From the NCBI RefSeq assembly GCF_000008465.1, contig NC_006512.1:1-32000 (forward strand): a stretch of DNA of 32,000 nucleotides, written 5' to 3'. Position numbers and translations under genes: made by a program. Positions 14,534 to 24,883 of this stretch are shown in pieces (position 1 is the stretch's first letter; the number at the start of each line of letters is the position of its first letter). The DNA comes from Idiomarina loihiensis L2TR (GTDB lineage Bacteria > Pseudomonadota > Gammaproteobacteria > Enterobacterales > Alteromonadaceae). The notes below the pieces were generated by a model that was not told the DNA's origin, made no database searches, and saw only the letters and a list, made by a program, of their open reading frames with translations.

Positions 14534-14647
14534 CTTGGGTCTCCCACGACTTCCATTAATTTGTTGCTATAAAGAAACTGATTCTGCTATAGCTTTGGGT
14601 TAAGGTAGACAGAGTTTGGCGCGAATACGCCAATTTTTCAACGGTTA

Positions 14648-14665
14648 TTTAAACATGCGTTTGAA
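14648..14665. promoter_or_regulatory. Candidate TetR/PsrA-type operator (TTTAAAC-ATGC-GTTTGAA) in the fadBA control region
   Basis: Imperfect palindrome with AAAC and GTTT half-sites separated by 4 nt, 115-132 bp upstream of the fadB start. It resembles the reported (G/C)AAAC-N2-4-GTTT(G/C) PsrA pattern. Short and weak. Confidence 0.25.
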
Positions 14666-14668
14666 TTA

Positions 14669-16618
14669 ATGAAAAAGCAGTCGTTTATCATACGTTACAG
14701 TGCGCCATTGTTTTTCGTGTTGTCCCTGTTAAGCATTGGTGCGGTTCAGTCTGAACCTGTTGATGCAAAGCAACGGGAGCAGCAGCGTGAGCTATTCAAA
14801 AAAGCAGAGTATGCGGCTAAGCGTGGTCGCCTGGGTGAGTATCGGCTATTACTTAAAAAGCTGAAAGATTACCCTTTGCTACCGTACTTGGAATTGGCTC
14901 GACTTGAGCAAATTGGATACCTGGCCAATGAAGACCGCGTTCTGGCTTTTCTCGATAAGTATGAAAAGACGCCCCTCGACTGGCAATTAAGACAGCCCTG
15001 GCTTACTTATTTGGCAGGGCAGGAGGAGTATTCTCGTTTTATTCGGGACTTCCGGTATCCGGGAACCTTAACTCACCGTTGTCAATTTATTGAGTCGCAG
15101 CGTGAAAAGGGTCTGGACGACGGGCCTTTCAGGCGTCAGGTTGATGCTATCTGGAAGCATGGGTTTTCGCTTCCTTCGGCTTGCGACCCCATTTTGGACG
15201 AATGGCAAGAATTGGGTGGCCGTACCGAAGACAAAGTTTGGGAACGACTGGAGTTGGCTGCTGAGCATGGTAACCCGACTCTGCTCCCGTATTTAACTGG
15301 TTTATTGCCTGAGTTACAGCAGTATCTGGGTGAGTTTTATCACAAGGTGAGGTATTCACCCGCCGCTATAGAGGACGACTCTTGGTACAAGGGGCGCTAT
15401 CCTGGAAAAGAGGCACAAATAGTTACCTATGCTTTAACCAAGCTGGTTTGGCGTGATGAAAACATTGCTCTGCGAAGCTATAAAAAGCTGAGTTCACAAT
15501 TGCCCTTTACTGAACAGCAAGAGGGCCGCATCGCCGAAGAATTTGCTGTTGCGTTAAGCTTAAACTCTCATCCCGAAGCTCGTGTCTGGCATGATCGCGT
15601 CCCGGTAAACGCGCTAAATGAACGAGTTTTACAGTGGCGTTTGGCTATTTACCTTAAGGACAAAGATTACGAGGGCCTGAGAGACGCGATTCAAAGTTTG
15701 CCGGTTGCCATTCGGCAGGGTAATCAATGGCGTTACTGGCTGGCTCGCTCACAGGAGATAACCGGTAACGCTTTGGCCGCACAGGAACTGTACGAAGATT
15801 TAGCCGACGAACGGCATTACTACGGTTTTCTGGCGGCAGCGCGGTTGCAGAAGCCGGTGAGCCTTGAACAAGAGAAACTTGAAGTCAGTGTTGTTCAGCT
15901 TGAGCAAATTCGTAATCATCCTAGCGTGCAACGTGCATACGAATTGATTCAATTGGAGCGTTGGGTCGACGCCCGGCGCGAATGGAACCATTTATTAACA
16001 CAGCTTGATGGCGAAGAGCAGAAAGTTGCGGCATATCTGGCGAGCGAATGGGGATGGCACGATCAGGCGATATGGACCTTAGCGCAAATAGGGCACTTTG
16101 ACGCTGTGGGCATTCGTTTTCCCTTAGCCTACAAGGATATACTAGGGCGGGCGTCACAAGCCGCAGGAATAGATGAGAGCTGGGCTTTAGCCATTACGCG
16201 CCGGGAAAGTAACTTTCGGCACGACGCGTATTCAAGTGCTGGTGCAAGGGGACTAATGCAGATTCTGCCTGGTACTGCAAAGCAACTGGATACTAAGAAT
16301 AATAGCTGGCGGCGGTTGAATGACCCTGCCGTCAATGTGCGTCTGGGCACGGACTATTTAAGTCGATTGAAACACCGCTTTGAGAATAATTGGTTATTAG
16401 CTACGGCAAGCTATAATGCAGGCTACTATCGAGTTAAAGAGTGGTTACCTGACGAGCCTGTTGCTGCCGATGTGTGGGTCGAAACCATTCCGTACCATGA
16501 AACCAGAGATTATGTAAAAGCAGTATTGAGTTATCAGCAAATTTATAGGATGTTGGGTGGTAACGAGGATAATTTGTTTGAGCAAGTTGTTGATATGACA
16601 ATTGTTGATACTGAATAA
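14669..16618 (+). CDS. slt: Soluble lytic murein transglycosylase (Slt70-like)
   Basis: 649 aa. Signal peptide (FFVLSLLSIGAVQSEP), a long superhelical repeat region, and a C-terminal family-1 catalytic domain with RRESNF, GLMQILPGTA and SYNAG. Confidence 0.92.
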   Translation: MKKQSFIIRYSAPLFFVLSLLSIGAVQSEPVDAKQREQQRELFKKAEYAAKRGRLGEYRLLLKKLKDYPLLPYLELARLEQIGYLANEDRVLAFLDKYEKTPLDWQLRQPWLTYLAGQEEYSRFIRDFRYPGTLTHRCQFIESQREKGLDDGPFRRQVDAIWKHGFSLPSACDPILDEWQELGGRTEDKVWERLELAAEHGNPTLLPYLTGLLPELQQYLGEFYHKVRYSPAAIEDDSWYKGRYPGKEAQIVTYALTKLVWRDENIALRSYKKLSSQLPFTEQQEGRIAEEFAVALSLNSHPEARVWHDRVPVNALNERVLQWRLAIYLKDKDYEGLRDAIQSLPVAIRQGNQWRYWLARSQEITGNALAAQELYEDLADERHYYGFLAAARLQKPVSLEQEKLEVSVVQLEQIRNHPSVQRAYELIQLERWVDARREWNHLLTQLDGEEQKVAAYLASEWGWHDQAIWTLAQIGHFDAVGIRFPLAYKDILGRASQAAGIDESWALAITRRESNFRHDAYSSAGARGLMQILPGTAKQLDTKNNSWRRLNDPAVNVRLGTDYLSRLKHRFENNWLLATASYNAGYYRVKEWLPDEPVAADVWVETIPYHETRDYVKAVLSYQQIYRMLGGNEDNLFEQVVDMTIVDTE

Positions 16619-16629
16619 GGCGATCCAAT

Positions 16630-17988
16630 ATGACTGCGACAGCAGATTTGTGGCCGTTGTTTCCTGACCATATAAAGCAGCTTCAGACTCGTGCTGAACG
16701 ACTTTTTAAACGAGAAAATTTAGATTTAGTTGCCATTCATTCGGGCCAGCAAAAACGTTGGTTTTTGGATGATATGAACTATCCGTTTCGTGCGAACCCT
16801 CACTTTAAGGCTTGGTGTCCGGAAACTCAGTTGGCTAATGCCTGGGTTATTTTAAAGCCGAACACCCGGCCAACCTTAGTTCTATTAAGTTCTCCAGATT
16901 TTTGGCACACGACAGCAAGCCTCGAGGGAGCTCCTTGGTTAGAAGAGTTCCACGTGGAACACATCAGCTCGCCAGAGGCCATTGAAAAACTACTCCCTTA
17001 CGATAAGAAAAGCGCGGCTTACCTTGGTGAACATATTGAGGTTGCCAAGGCTCTGGGTTTTGAGAATATAAACCCAGATCCTGTTCTTCACTTTTTTCAT
17101 TATCATCGCTTGTTTAAAACCGACTATGAAATTGCCTGTTTAACTCAGGCAAACCATATAGCGGCTGAAGGCCATGTTGCGGCCGCTGACGCCTTTTTTA
17201 ACGGCGCCTCGGAGTTCGATTGTCTGTTGAAATATATGGCGGCTACTCGTCAAGGGCAGAATGAAGTGCCTTATAATCACATTATTGGGCAAAATGAAAA
17301 CGCCAGTGTTTTGCATCACTGGATGCCTGATAAGAAAGCTTCAGGCTCACTCAAGTCGATGCTGGTTGATGCAGGCGCTGAGGTTTGCGGTTATGCCGCT
17401 GACATTAGTCGTACTTGGTCTAAACAACACAATGAATACGAAGAGCTGATAGCCGCGCTTGACCAAATTACATTGGCTTTAATTGATAAAATGAAGCCGG
17501 GCGTTGAATTCCCGGCGCTGCACCAGTTGGCTCATGAACAAATTGCTAATGTACTTTTTGCTTTTGGTTTTGTCAGTTGCAGTCCTGAACAAATGATTGA
17601 AGACGGCATAACCACGGTATTTCTTCCGCATGGTTTAGGTCATCCTCTGGGCTTGCAGGTGCACGACGTTGGCGCTGCGCAGGCTGATGAAAGGGGTACG
17701 CCAATAGCTCCTCCCAGCGGTCATCTTACGCTAAAAACCACTCGTACCGTAGAGCCTCGGCAGGTTTATACCATTGAACCCGGAATCTACTTTATTGAGC
17801 CTTTGCTGCAGAAATTAGCGAATTCACGCAATAAGCATTTAATTAACTGGCGCAGAGTGGATGAGTTTAAACCCTTTGGTGGAGTGCGAATCGAGGATAA
17901 TATTGTGGTTTACCGCGAGCGAAATGATAACCTTACACGCCAAACTGCATTAGATGCTTACGTGAAAAAGGTTACCCGTCTTGCATGA
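16630..17988 (+). CDS. pepQ: Xaa-Pro dipeptidase (prolidase, M24B)
   Basis: 452 aa. Collinear with E. coli PepQ. Metal-ligand region HGLGHPLGLQVHD, plus EPGIYF and GGVRIEDN. Confidence 0.95.
   Translation: MTATADLWPLFPDHIKQLQTRAERLFKRENLDLVAIHSGQQKRWFLDDMNYPFRANPHFKAWCPETQLANAWVILKPNTRPTLVLLSSPDFWHTTASLEGAPWLEEFHVEHISSPEAIEKLLPYDKKSAAYLGEHIEVAKALGFENINPDPVLHFFHYHRLFKTDYEIACLTQANHIAAEGHVAAADAFFNGASEFDCLLKYMAATRQGQNEVPYNHIIGQNENASVLHHWMPDKKASGSLKSMLVDAGAEVCGYAADISRTWSKQHNEYEELIAALDQITLALIDKMKPGVEFPALHQLAHEQIANVLFAFGFVSCSPEQMIEDGITTVFLPHGLGHPLGLQVHDVGAAQADERGTPIAPPSGHLTLKTTRTVEPRQVYTIEPGIYFIEPLLQKLANSRNKHLINWRRVDEFKPFGGVRIEDNIVVYRERNDNLTRQTALDAYVKKVTRLA
16946..16961. promoter_or_regulatory. parS: parS centromere site, 15/16 match (AGTTCCACGTGGAACA)
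   Basis: The 14-bp core GTTCCACGTGGAAC is identical to the two recF sites. It is embedded in pepQ codons E-F-H-V-E-H. Confidence 0.7.
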
Positions 17989-18598
17989 TCAGGATTACGA
18001 CATTCCGGCTTCGGAAACGGAAGTCGAAATAGAAGTTAAAGGCAGCCGCTTTATTGCGTGCCTGGCACATACAGCAAACGTCGACAGCGCATCAGAGTTT
18101 CTGGCCGTGATAAAAAAGCGCTGGCCTAAGGCCTCTCACTATTGCTCTGCGTCGCTTTTTTCAGCACCTAATAACAGCCAGAGTATGGCTTACAGCGACG
18201 ACGGAGAACCCTCGGGAACAGCGGGGCGACCTATGCTTATGGCGCTACAAAATAGCGGCGTCGGCGAGGTTACCGCTATAGTCGTGCGATATTTTGGTGG
18301 GGTGAAATTGGGAACGGGCGGACTTCAGCGAGCCTATACCGACGCGACAGTCGCCGCATTAGCTGAGCTTGAAAAAGAGCAAAGGGTTTTTAAACAACGC
18401 TTTCAGTTAAATTTTGCTTATACCGACCAGGGCGATGTTGAACCGCTTTTGCTTGAGGCCAATGCTGAAACGGAATCTTCGGAGTACGAGGAAAGTGTGC
18501 GGCTTAAGGTGTTGCTACGCCCCGTGAATGTTGGGGCGCTGCAGAAGAAGCTACAAGCTGCCACCCGTGGCCGGGTGCAGTTAAAAGAACTGGACTAA
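17981..18598 (+). CDS. yigZ: IMPACT/YigZ family protein
   Basis: 205 aa. [26 protein letters not shown] and [15 protein letters not shown] match YigZ. It needs a TTG start at 17981, which overlaps the pepQ end by 8 nt. There is no in-frame ATG until codon 69. Confidence 0.9.
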   Translation: MHDQDYDIPASETEVEIEVKGSRFIACLAHTANVDSASEFLAVIKKRWPKASHYCSASLFSAPNNSQSMAYSDDGEPSGTAGRPMLMALQNSGVGEVTAIVVRYFGGVKLGTGGLQRAYTDATVAALAELEKEQRVFKQRFQLNFAYTDQGDVEPLLLEANAETESSEYEESVRLKVLLRPVNVGALQKKLQAATRGRVQLKELD

Positions 18599-19971
18599 AA
18601 GAACATAGCACTTGGCTGGAAGACTTTTTCAACCTGATCAATGTACTTTTTATCCAGCAAGAAAAGAATCACGTGGTCGTCGGAGTGAATGATGGTTTCA
18701 CTGTGCGCCATAAGCACTTCTTGTCCCCGGACAACCGCACCAATGGTGGTTCCCGGCGGAAGCTTGATATCTTTAATGGCTTTACCCACCACTCGGGACG
18801 TGTCTTCATCACCATGTGCAATTGCCTCAATAGCTTCGGCGGCCCCTTTTCGTAGTGAGTAAACGTTAACAATATCGCCACGGCGTACGTGAGTTAGTAG
18901 AGCTGAAACAGTCGCACGTTGCGGTGAAATGGCAATATCAATTTCGCCTCCCTGCACCAAGTCAACATAGGCGCTACGCTGAATGAGCACCATAGTTTTA
19001 CGGGCGCCCATACGTTTAGCCAGCATGGCTGACATAATGTTCGCTTCGTCGTCGTTGGTAACCGCAATAAATACGTCGATATCTTCAACGTGCTCTTCTT
19101 CCAGCAACTTTTGGTCGGACGCGTCACCGCGGAAAATTAAGGTATGCTCAAGGCTTTGCGAAAGCTCTTCCGCGCGGGTTTCTGAACGCTCTATTAGCTT
19201 AACCCGGTGATCAACTTCCAGTTGTTTCGCCAGGCCGGCACCAATGTTCCCGCCACCAACAATCATTATTCTGCGGTATTTGTCTTCCAGCTTTTGCAGT
19301 TCCTGCATTACGGTACTAATGTGGCGGGTGTCGGCAATGAAGAAAACTTCATCATCGGCTTCGATGATTGTGGTTCCGGTAGGGCGTATAGGCTTACCCT
19401 GACGATAAATAGCCGCAACCCGGGTGTCGATATTGGGAATATGTTCCCGCAGTGTTGAGATAGCATGGCCAACGAGCTTCCCGCCGTAGTACGCCTTTAC
19501 CGCGACCAAGCTGGCTCGTCCGTTGGCGAACTCCATCACTTGCAGTGCGCCGGGGTAATCAATAAGTCGGCGAATATAGCTGGTTACCAGTTGTTCCGGT
19601 GAAATAATGTGGTCAACTGGGGCATCCTGATTATGAAAAAGCTGATCTTTATAGCGGATGTATTCTTCAGAGCGAATTCTGGCTATTTTCTTTGGCGTAT
19701 TAAATATCGAGTAAGCAACCTGACAGGCAATCATATTAGTTTCGTCGCTGCTGGTTACTGCAATAAGCAAGTCGGCATCGTCGGCACCCGCGCGACGTAA
19801 AACATCAGGGTGCGCTCCGTTACCAACGACGACCCGCAGGTCATACTTATCCTGCAAATCGTCCAGTAAATCGTTGTTGGTATCAACTATGGTGATATCG
19901 TTACGTTCGCCAACCAGATTTTCTGCTAATGTGCCGCCGACCTGGCCAACACCGAGTATGATAATTTTCAT
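18595..19971 (-). CDS. trkA: Trk potassium uptake system NAD-binding protein TrkA
   Basis: 458 aa. Two RCK/Rossmann repeats ([11 protein letters not shown] and [12 protein letters not shown]). Confidence 0.97.
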   Translation of the reverse strand: MKIIILGVGQVGGTLAENLVGERNDITIVDTNNDLLDDLQDKYDLRVVVGNGAHPDVLRRAGADDADLLIAVTSSDETNMIACQVAYSIFNTPKKIARIRSEEYIRYKDQLFHNQDAPVDHIISPEQLVTSYIRRLIDYPGALQVMEFANGRASLVAVKAYYGGKLVGHAISTLREHIPNIDTRVAAIYRQGKPIRPTGTTIIEADDEVFFIADTRHISTVMQELQKLEDKYRRIMIVGGGNIGAGLAKQLEVDHRVKLIERSETRAEELSQSLEHTLIFRGDASDQKLLEEEHVEDIDVFIAVTNDDEANIMSAMLAKRMGARKTMVLIQRSAYVDLVQGGEIDIAISPQRATVSALLTHVRRGDIVNVYSLRKGAAEAIEAIAHGDEDTSRVVGKAIKDIKLPPGTTIGAVVRGQEVLMAHSETIIHSDDHVILFLLDKKYIDQVEKVFQPSAMFF

Positions 19972-21296
19972 TCGACTTTTTTCAATCTCGCGTAAAAGAA
20001 ACCATCCCCGTTACGTTCACCCGGGAGCAGTTGCAGAGTTTTCTGCTTTTCATCAATAGGTATCAGACTAGCACTCGATTGCTGTTTTAGAAAAGACTCA
20101 ATTTGAGTTTGGTTTTCCTTGCTTAGAATAGAGCAGGTTGCGTAAAGCAGTTCTCCGCCGTTTTTAAGTAAAGGCCAAAGCGAATTTAGTATCTGACTTT
20201 GCAATTGCGCGAGCTCATTAATGTCCTCAGCGCGACGCAGCCACTTGATATCGGGGTGGCGGCGTATTACGCCTGTTGCCGAACATGGAGCATCCAAAAG
20301 TATGCGGTCAAACTGTTCGCCGTCCCACCAGTCTTCAGTTTCTGCAACATCGGCGCAATGAACTACGGCACTTAAACCGGCGCGCTCCAGATTTTCGTCG
20401 ACTCGCTCAAGACGTTTAGCATCAATATCAATAGCCTGAACCGGTTGCTCAAAGTCGTTTCGCTCTAGTAAATGCAGCAGTTTGCCTCCCGGAGCGGCGC
20501 AACAATCGAGTACGCGGTGGGAAGCTTTTACGTTCAGGTAATCCGCAGCTAACTGGGCCGAACGGTCCTGTACCGATGCGTGGCCCCGGTCAAACCCCGG
20601 AAGCCGTTCAACCGGAACAGGCGAATGCAGACGAATCGCATCGCCAGCCAGAGTATCGCCTTCGGCGGCAATACCGCTGTCTTCCAGTTGTCTTAAATAG
20701 TCATCGCGATTGAAAAAACGACGATTCACACGTAACCACATGGGCGGGTGTGCGTTGTTCTCAATGAGAATGTCGCTGGCTTGTTGTGGGTGGTCTGCCT
20801 GAATTGCTTCAAACAACCAGCGCGGATGATTTTGCATCGCGTCAACAGGTAGCTCGCGCTGCTGTGACTCATCTGTCGCAGGCGCTTCGCGCAGTAATTG
20901 ACGCAGTATACCGTTTACCAGACCTTTGTGATTACGTTTGCCCAGAATACGCGCTGCTTCTACTGTGGCGCTAACGGCAGCGTGGTCTTTAATACGAAGA
21001 CAATAAAGCTGATAGGCACCTACCAGTAGTAAGTAGTGCAATACTTTAAGCTTACCTTTAAGTGGCTTATCCAGTTTAGCCCCAACCAGCTTGTTAAGGC
21101 TGGGCAGAACCCTTAAAACACCGTAGCTAATTGCACTGGCAAGACGCTTATCTGCGTCAGAGAGTTTACCGGTGGCGTGGGGTAAAGCCGCGGAAAGCGA
21201 CTCGCCTTTCTCTAATACATGAAAGATAGCGGTTGCAGCGGCGGCCCGGCTAGTTGCTCCCTGACCACCGTTTTCTGAATTTTTCTGCCGGCTCAT
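19968..21296 (-). CDS. rsmB: 16S rRNA (cytosine967-C5)-methyltransferase RsmB
   Basis: 442 aa. NusB-like N-terminus, SAM motif DCCAAPGGK, and catalytic [17 protein letters not shown] and LLYATCS. Overlaps the trkA start by 4 nt. Confidence 0.95.
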   Translation of the reverse strand: MSRQKNSENGGQGATSRAAAATAIFHVLEKGESLSAALPHATGKLSDADKRLASAISYGVLRVLPSLNKLVGAKLDKPLKGKLKVLHYLLLVGAYQLYCLRIKDHAAVSATVEAARILGKRNHKGLVNGILRQLLREAPATDESQQRELPVDAMQNHPRWLFEAIQADHPQQASDILIENNAHPPMWLRVNRRFFNRDDYLRQLEDSGIAAEGDTLAGDAIRLHSPVPVERLPGFDRGHASVQDRSAQLAADYLNVKASHRVLDCCAAPGGKLLHLLERNDFEQPVQAIDIDAKRLERVDENLERAGLSAVVHCADVAETEDWWDGEQFDRILLDAPCSATGVIRRHPDIKWLRRAEDINELAQLQSQILNSLWPLLKNGGELLYATCSILSKENQTQIESFLKQQSSASLIPIDEKQKTLQLLPGERNGDGFFYARLKKVE

Positions 21297-22243
21297 TGTA
21301 ATTCCAGTCCCGGGCTAAAGACGTTACTGTAGCCGTTTACTAAGGTACTGGCTGGCTGAGCCTTTTTGCCCGGCATCTGCGCCTGAGTGATACGTAAAAT
21401 ACCGTCCCCGGTCACCACGTCGATGCCTTCGTGTGTGCTATTAATAATCGTGCCCGGACCTTTATTGCTGGCGCCCTGAATAAGTTCAGCTGCGTGAATT
21501 TTTACTGTGTTCTGTCCGGCTTTTAAATGTTCTGACTGGCACCAGCTCATTGGCCAGGGGTTAAACGCTCGTACGCAGCGTTCGATAAAGGCCGCCGGTT
21601 GTGTCCAGTCTATTTTACCTTCCTGCTTGGTCAGCTTTTTCGCATAAGTGGCATTGGCGTCACTTTGCGGCTTAGCCTGGCTCTGATAGCCGTCGAGATC
21701 TTTCAATACTTTAGTTAACGCCTCAGGCCCCAGGCTTTCAAGCTTGTGATAAAGCGAAGCCGAGGTTTCGTCCGGACTGATGGCGCAGCGCTCTTCGTGC
21801 AGCACTGGGCCGGTATCCAGGCCGGCTTCCATTTGCATAATGCAGACACCGGATTCTAAGTCGCCAGCCCATATCGCGCGTTGAATTGGAGCAGCACCTC
21901 GCCAGCGGGGTAACAAAGAACCGTGCACGTTCAGGCAGCCTTTCGTAGGAATATCTAATACTGCCTGCGGAAGCAGTAAGCCATAAGCCACCACAACCAT
22001 AACGTCAGGTTTTAGATCGGCTAGTGCAGCCTGATCCTCTTCTGATTTTAGGGACTCGGGCTGATAAACAGGAAGCTGGTGTTCGAGCGCAAGCTTCTTA
22101 ACCGCACTGGGTTGTGGCTTTTTGCCTCGTCCTGCAGGCCTGTCGGGCTGTGTATAAACGCCCACTACCTGATGAGACTCATCAAGCAATTGTTGTAAGT
22201 GTTGTGCTGCAAAGTCCGGAGTACCGGCAAAGACAATTCGCAT
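21293..22243 (-). CDS. fmt: Methionyl-tRNA formyltransferase
   Basis: 316 aa. [12 protein letters not shown] and HGSLLPRWRGAAPIQRA. Overlaps rsmB by 4 nt and def by 1 nt. Confidence 0.97.
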   Translation of the reverse strand: MRIVFAGTPDFAAQHLQQLLDESHQVVGVYTQPDRPAGRGKKPQPSAVKKLALEHQLPVYQPESLKSEEDQAALADLKPDVMVVVAYGLLLPQAVLDIPTKGCLNVHGSLLPRWRGAAPIQRAIWAGDLESGVCIMQMEAGLDTGPVLHEERCAISPDETSASLYHKLESLGPEALTKVLKDLDGYQSQAKPQSDANATYAKKLTKQEGKIDWTQPAAFIERCVRAFNPWPMSWCQSEHLKAGQNTVKIHAAELIQGASNKGPGTIINSTHEGIDVVTGDGILRITQAQMPGKKAQPASTLVNGYSNVFSPGLELQ

Positions 22244-22767
22244 TATTGTGCTTCCGCCGCTTGCTTCTCAGCTAAACGTTGCTCTTTCTCTAGTTTTTTG
22301 CGAATACGTTCGCGCTTCAGCGGCGATAGATAATCAACAAAGAGTTTACCGTCTAAGTGGTCTATTTCATGCTGAATACAAATGGCCAGTAGCCCTTCAG
22401 CGGAACGGCTGAAACGCTCGCCGTTTTTATCCAGTGCAGTCACTGTAATTCTCTCAGCGCGTTCAACTTTGGCGTAAACGCCGGGAAACGACAGACAGCC
22501 TTCATCGTTCTTAAAGTGGCCTTCTGCTTCGGTAATTTCCGGGTTAATGAACACCAGCGGTTCGTTTTGATCTTCGCTGCAATCAGAAACAAACAGCCGT
22601 CTGTGCACGTCAACCTGAGTTGCCGCAAGGCCTACGCCTTGTTCTTCGTACATGGTTTCAAACATATCGTCGATAACCGAGCGGATATTGTCATCTACCT
22701 TTTCAATCTTCTGTGCGACTTTGCGCAAACGTTCGTCCGGATATTGCAGAACCGTCATTTTTGCCAT
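22243..22767 (-). CDS. def: Peptide deformylase
   Basis: Motifs [16 protein letters not shown] and [10 protein letters not shown] prefer the ATG at 22767 (MAKMTVLQ), which has GGAGG 5 nt upstream. The track start at 22779 is over-extended. Confidence 0.95.
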
Positions 22768-22829
22768 TAGAACCTCCAATTCTTCATCTACCCTTAGTTT
22801 ACCTTAAATTGGTAGGTCAAGGACAGTCT

Positions 22830-23867
22830 GTGAACACACAGGAACTATGTGTATTAATGGGGATGACACGCGCATTAAACAAGGTACAGAAAGCTGCTCG
22901 GGAATGTACCAGCTGGGAGGCCATTTTTGAACGATGGGGGCAATCGCTAAAACCGGTCGAGGCGCGTTGGTTAAATGCAGCTGAAAATTGGTGTCGTAGT
23001 GACTATCAGGGCGTTATTTCTTACTTTAGTGAAGATTACCCAACTGCGTTAAAAGCCATAGCTAATCCGCCCTGGTTACTTTATTACCGGGGTCGTAAAG
23101 AGCTTTTGCAAGGAGTTAGTGTGGCTATTGTTGGCAGCCGCAAAGCCACTCACAGTGGTTTACAAATTGCTGACTGGTTTAGCGAGCGCTTAGTTGCGGC
23201 GGGTGTTGTGGTGGTTAGCGGTCTGGCGATGGGCATTGACGCTCAAGCACATAAAACCGCAGCCGATAAAGGAAAAACCATAGCGGTTTTAGGTACTGGT
23301 ATCGACCAGTACTACCCCAGAAGAAACAAAGCCTTACAGGACTTTATTGCACATCAGGGGTTGCTGATTTCCGAATTTCCGCCCGGGCAAACCGCGCGAA
23401 TCGATCATTTTCCCCGCCGTAACCGTATTATTAGTGGTATCAGTCAGGCCGTGGTGGTGGTTGAAGCGGCGCGCAAAAGCGGTTCGCTTTCAACGGCAAT
23501 ACACGCTTTGAACGAAGGGCGTGAAGTTGGAGCTGTTCCGGGGTCGGTGTTGTTGCCTGAGCATCAGGGCTGCCACTGGTTAATTCAACAGGGCGCTAAG
23601 TTAATTAATACGCCGCAGGACATTCTTGACTGGTTCTCGGTTGACGATACTGAGGTTGCCATAGAAGGTGATACCGAATGTCGCGATGAAAGCTTGGCAA
23701 ACAATCGATTGTTCGCTAGTCTGAGTTCAGAGCCACGAACAATTGATGACATGGTACAATTGTCCGGACTCGAGGTTGCTGAAGTCATGGAGAAAGTAGT
23801 GTTACTCGAATTAGAAGGGCTAGTGGCAGCCGTACCAGGCGGTTATATCAAAGTGGGGAGGCGCTAA
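22830..23867 (+). CDS. dprA: DNA processing/protecting protein DprA (Smf)
   Basis: GLAMGIDAQAH and FPRRNRIISG, plus a C-terminal winged-helix tail (AAVPGGYIKV). The track ORF from 22713 overlaps def. The GTG at 22830 aligns with the E. coli Smf N-terminus. ATG alternatives are at 22857 and 22863. Confidence 0.88.
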   Translation: MNTQELCVLMGMTRALNKVQKAARECTSWEAIFERWGQSLKPVEARWLNAAENWCRSDYQGVISYFSEDYPTALKAIANPPWLLYYRGRKELLQGVSVAIVGSRKATHSGLQIADWFSERLVAAGVVVVSGLAMGIDAQAHKTAADKGKTIAVLGTGIDQYYPRRNKALQDFIAHQGLLISEFPPGQTARIDHFPRRNRIISGISQAVVVVEAARKSGSLSTAIHALNEGREVGAVPGSVLLPEHQGCHWLIQQGAKLINTPQDILDWFSVDDTEVAIEGDTECRDESLANNRLFASLSSEPRTIDDMVQLSGLEVAEVMEKVVLLELEGLVAAVPGGYIKVGRR

Positions 23868-23870
23868 AGT

Positions 23871-24344
23871 ATGTTTGATATCCTCATGTACTTGTTTGAA
23901 AACTACATTCATTCGGAAATGGAAGTTGTAGTTGATCACGATGAGTTAACCAATGAACTTACCCGGGCTGGTTTCCGTCACCAGGAAATCCAGAAGGCTT
24001 TGGCGTGGTTAGAACGCCTGGCCGATTTGCAGCAAATGGAAACCAAGTCTTATCTGGATGTTGCTCCGCAGCAGTCTACCCGTATTTATACCGCGGCAGA
24101 GATGACTCGTTTGGACAGCCAGAGCCGGGGTTTTCTGATGTACCTGGAAAACCTGGGTGTGCTTGATTTTGCTACACGAGAAGTAGTCATTGACCGTGTG
24201 ATGGAACTGGAAACGCCGAACTTTACTCTGGATGACCTGAAATGGGTTGTACTCATGGTGCTGTTTAATGTTCCGGGCCAGGAAGCTGCGTACGACCAAA
24301 TGGAAGGTTTGCTGTTTGAGGAAGCTGAAGGACCTCTGCATTAA
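23871..24344 (+). CDS. smg: Smg protein (DUF494)
   Basis: 157 aa. N-terminus [12 protein letters not shown] is characteristic of Smg. Conserved position after dprA. Confidence 0.9.
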   Translation: MFDILMYLFENYIHSEMEVVVDHDELTNELTRAGFRHQEIQKALAWLERLADLQQMETKSYLDVAPQQSTRIYTAAEMTRLDSQSRGFLMYLENLGVLDFATREVVIDRVMELETPNFTLDDLKWVVLMVLFNVPGQEAAYDQMEGLLFEEAEGPLH

Positions 24345-24856
24345 TGTCATCAGATGAGCGCTGTCCCCGTTGTGAGCGACCACTGGTTATTAAACATGTT
24401 GGGCATAACAGCTTTTTAGGCTGTACCGGTTACCCGGACTGCGATTATAAACGAGGCCTTCGGGAGCAATCTGAAATTGAGCCCGAAGATCTCGGCGTTC
24501 CCTGTCCTGAGTGTGGCCAGGAACTGCAGTTAAAGAGTGGTCGTTATGGCTTATTTGTTGGCTGCAGCGGTTTTCCTGAATGTGAGTTCGTTACTGAACC
24601 TAACGTTGAGGAAGAAGAGACGATTCGCTGCCCGGAATGCGGCAAAGGCCAGTTACACCAAAAAACATCGCGGCGCGGTACCGTATTCTACGCTTGCGAC
24701 CAATACCCGAAATGTGAATTTACCGTGAATCAGCCTCCGGTCGATGAAACCTGTCCCAAATGCCGGTACCCACTGCTGGTGAAAAAGAAAACCGCCGCCG
24801 GAATTCGCAAAGTCTGCCCGCAAAAGCAATGCGACTATAAGTCGGACGCGTTATAA
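24344..24856 (+). CDS. yrdD: Topoisomerase-IA-type zinc-finger DNA-binding protein (YrdD-like)
   Basis: 170 aa with four CxxC...CxxC zinc-ribbon repeats (CPRC, CPEC, CPEC, CPKC). Its start overlaps the smg stop (TAATG). Confidence 0.85.
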   Translation: MSSDERCPRCERPLVIKHVGHNSFLGCTGYPDCDYKRGLREQSEIEPEDLGVPCPECGQELQLKSGRYGLFVGCSGFPECEFVTEPNVEEEETIRCPECGKGQLHQKTSRRGTVFYACDQYPKCEFTVNQPPVDETCPKCRYPLLVKKKTAAGIRKVCPQKQCDYKSDAL

Positions 24857-24883
24857 TCCGACTCATTGAGTTGAGGAGTGATT

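Noticed and set aside
14571-14590. E. coli-type FadR operator upstream of fadB (AACTGATTCTGCTATAG)
   Set aside because: There are too many mismatches to AACTGGTCNGACCTGTT, and the symmetric GGTC and GACC core is missing.
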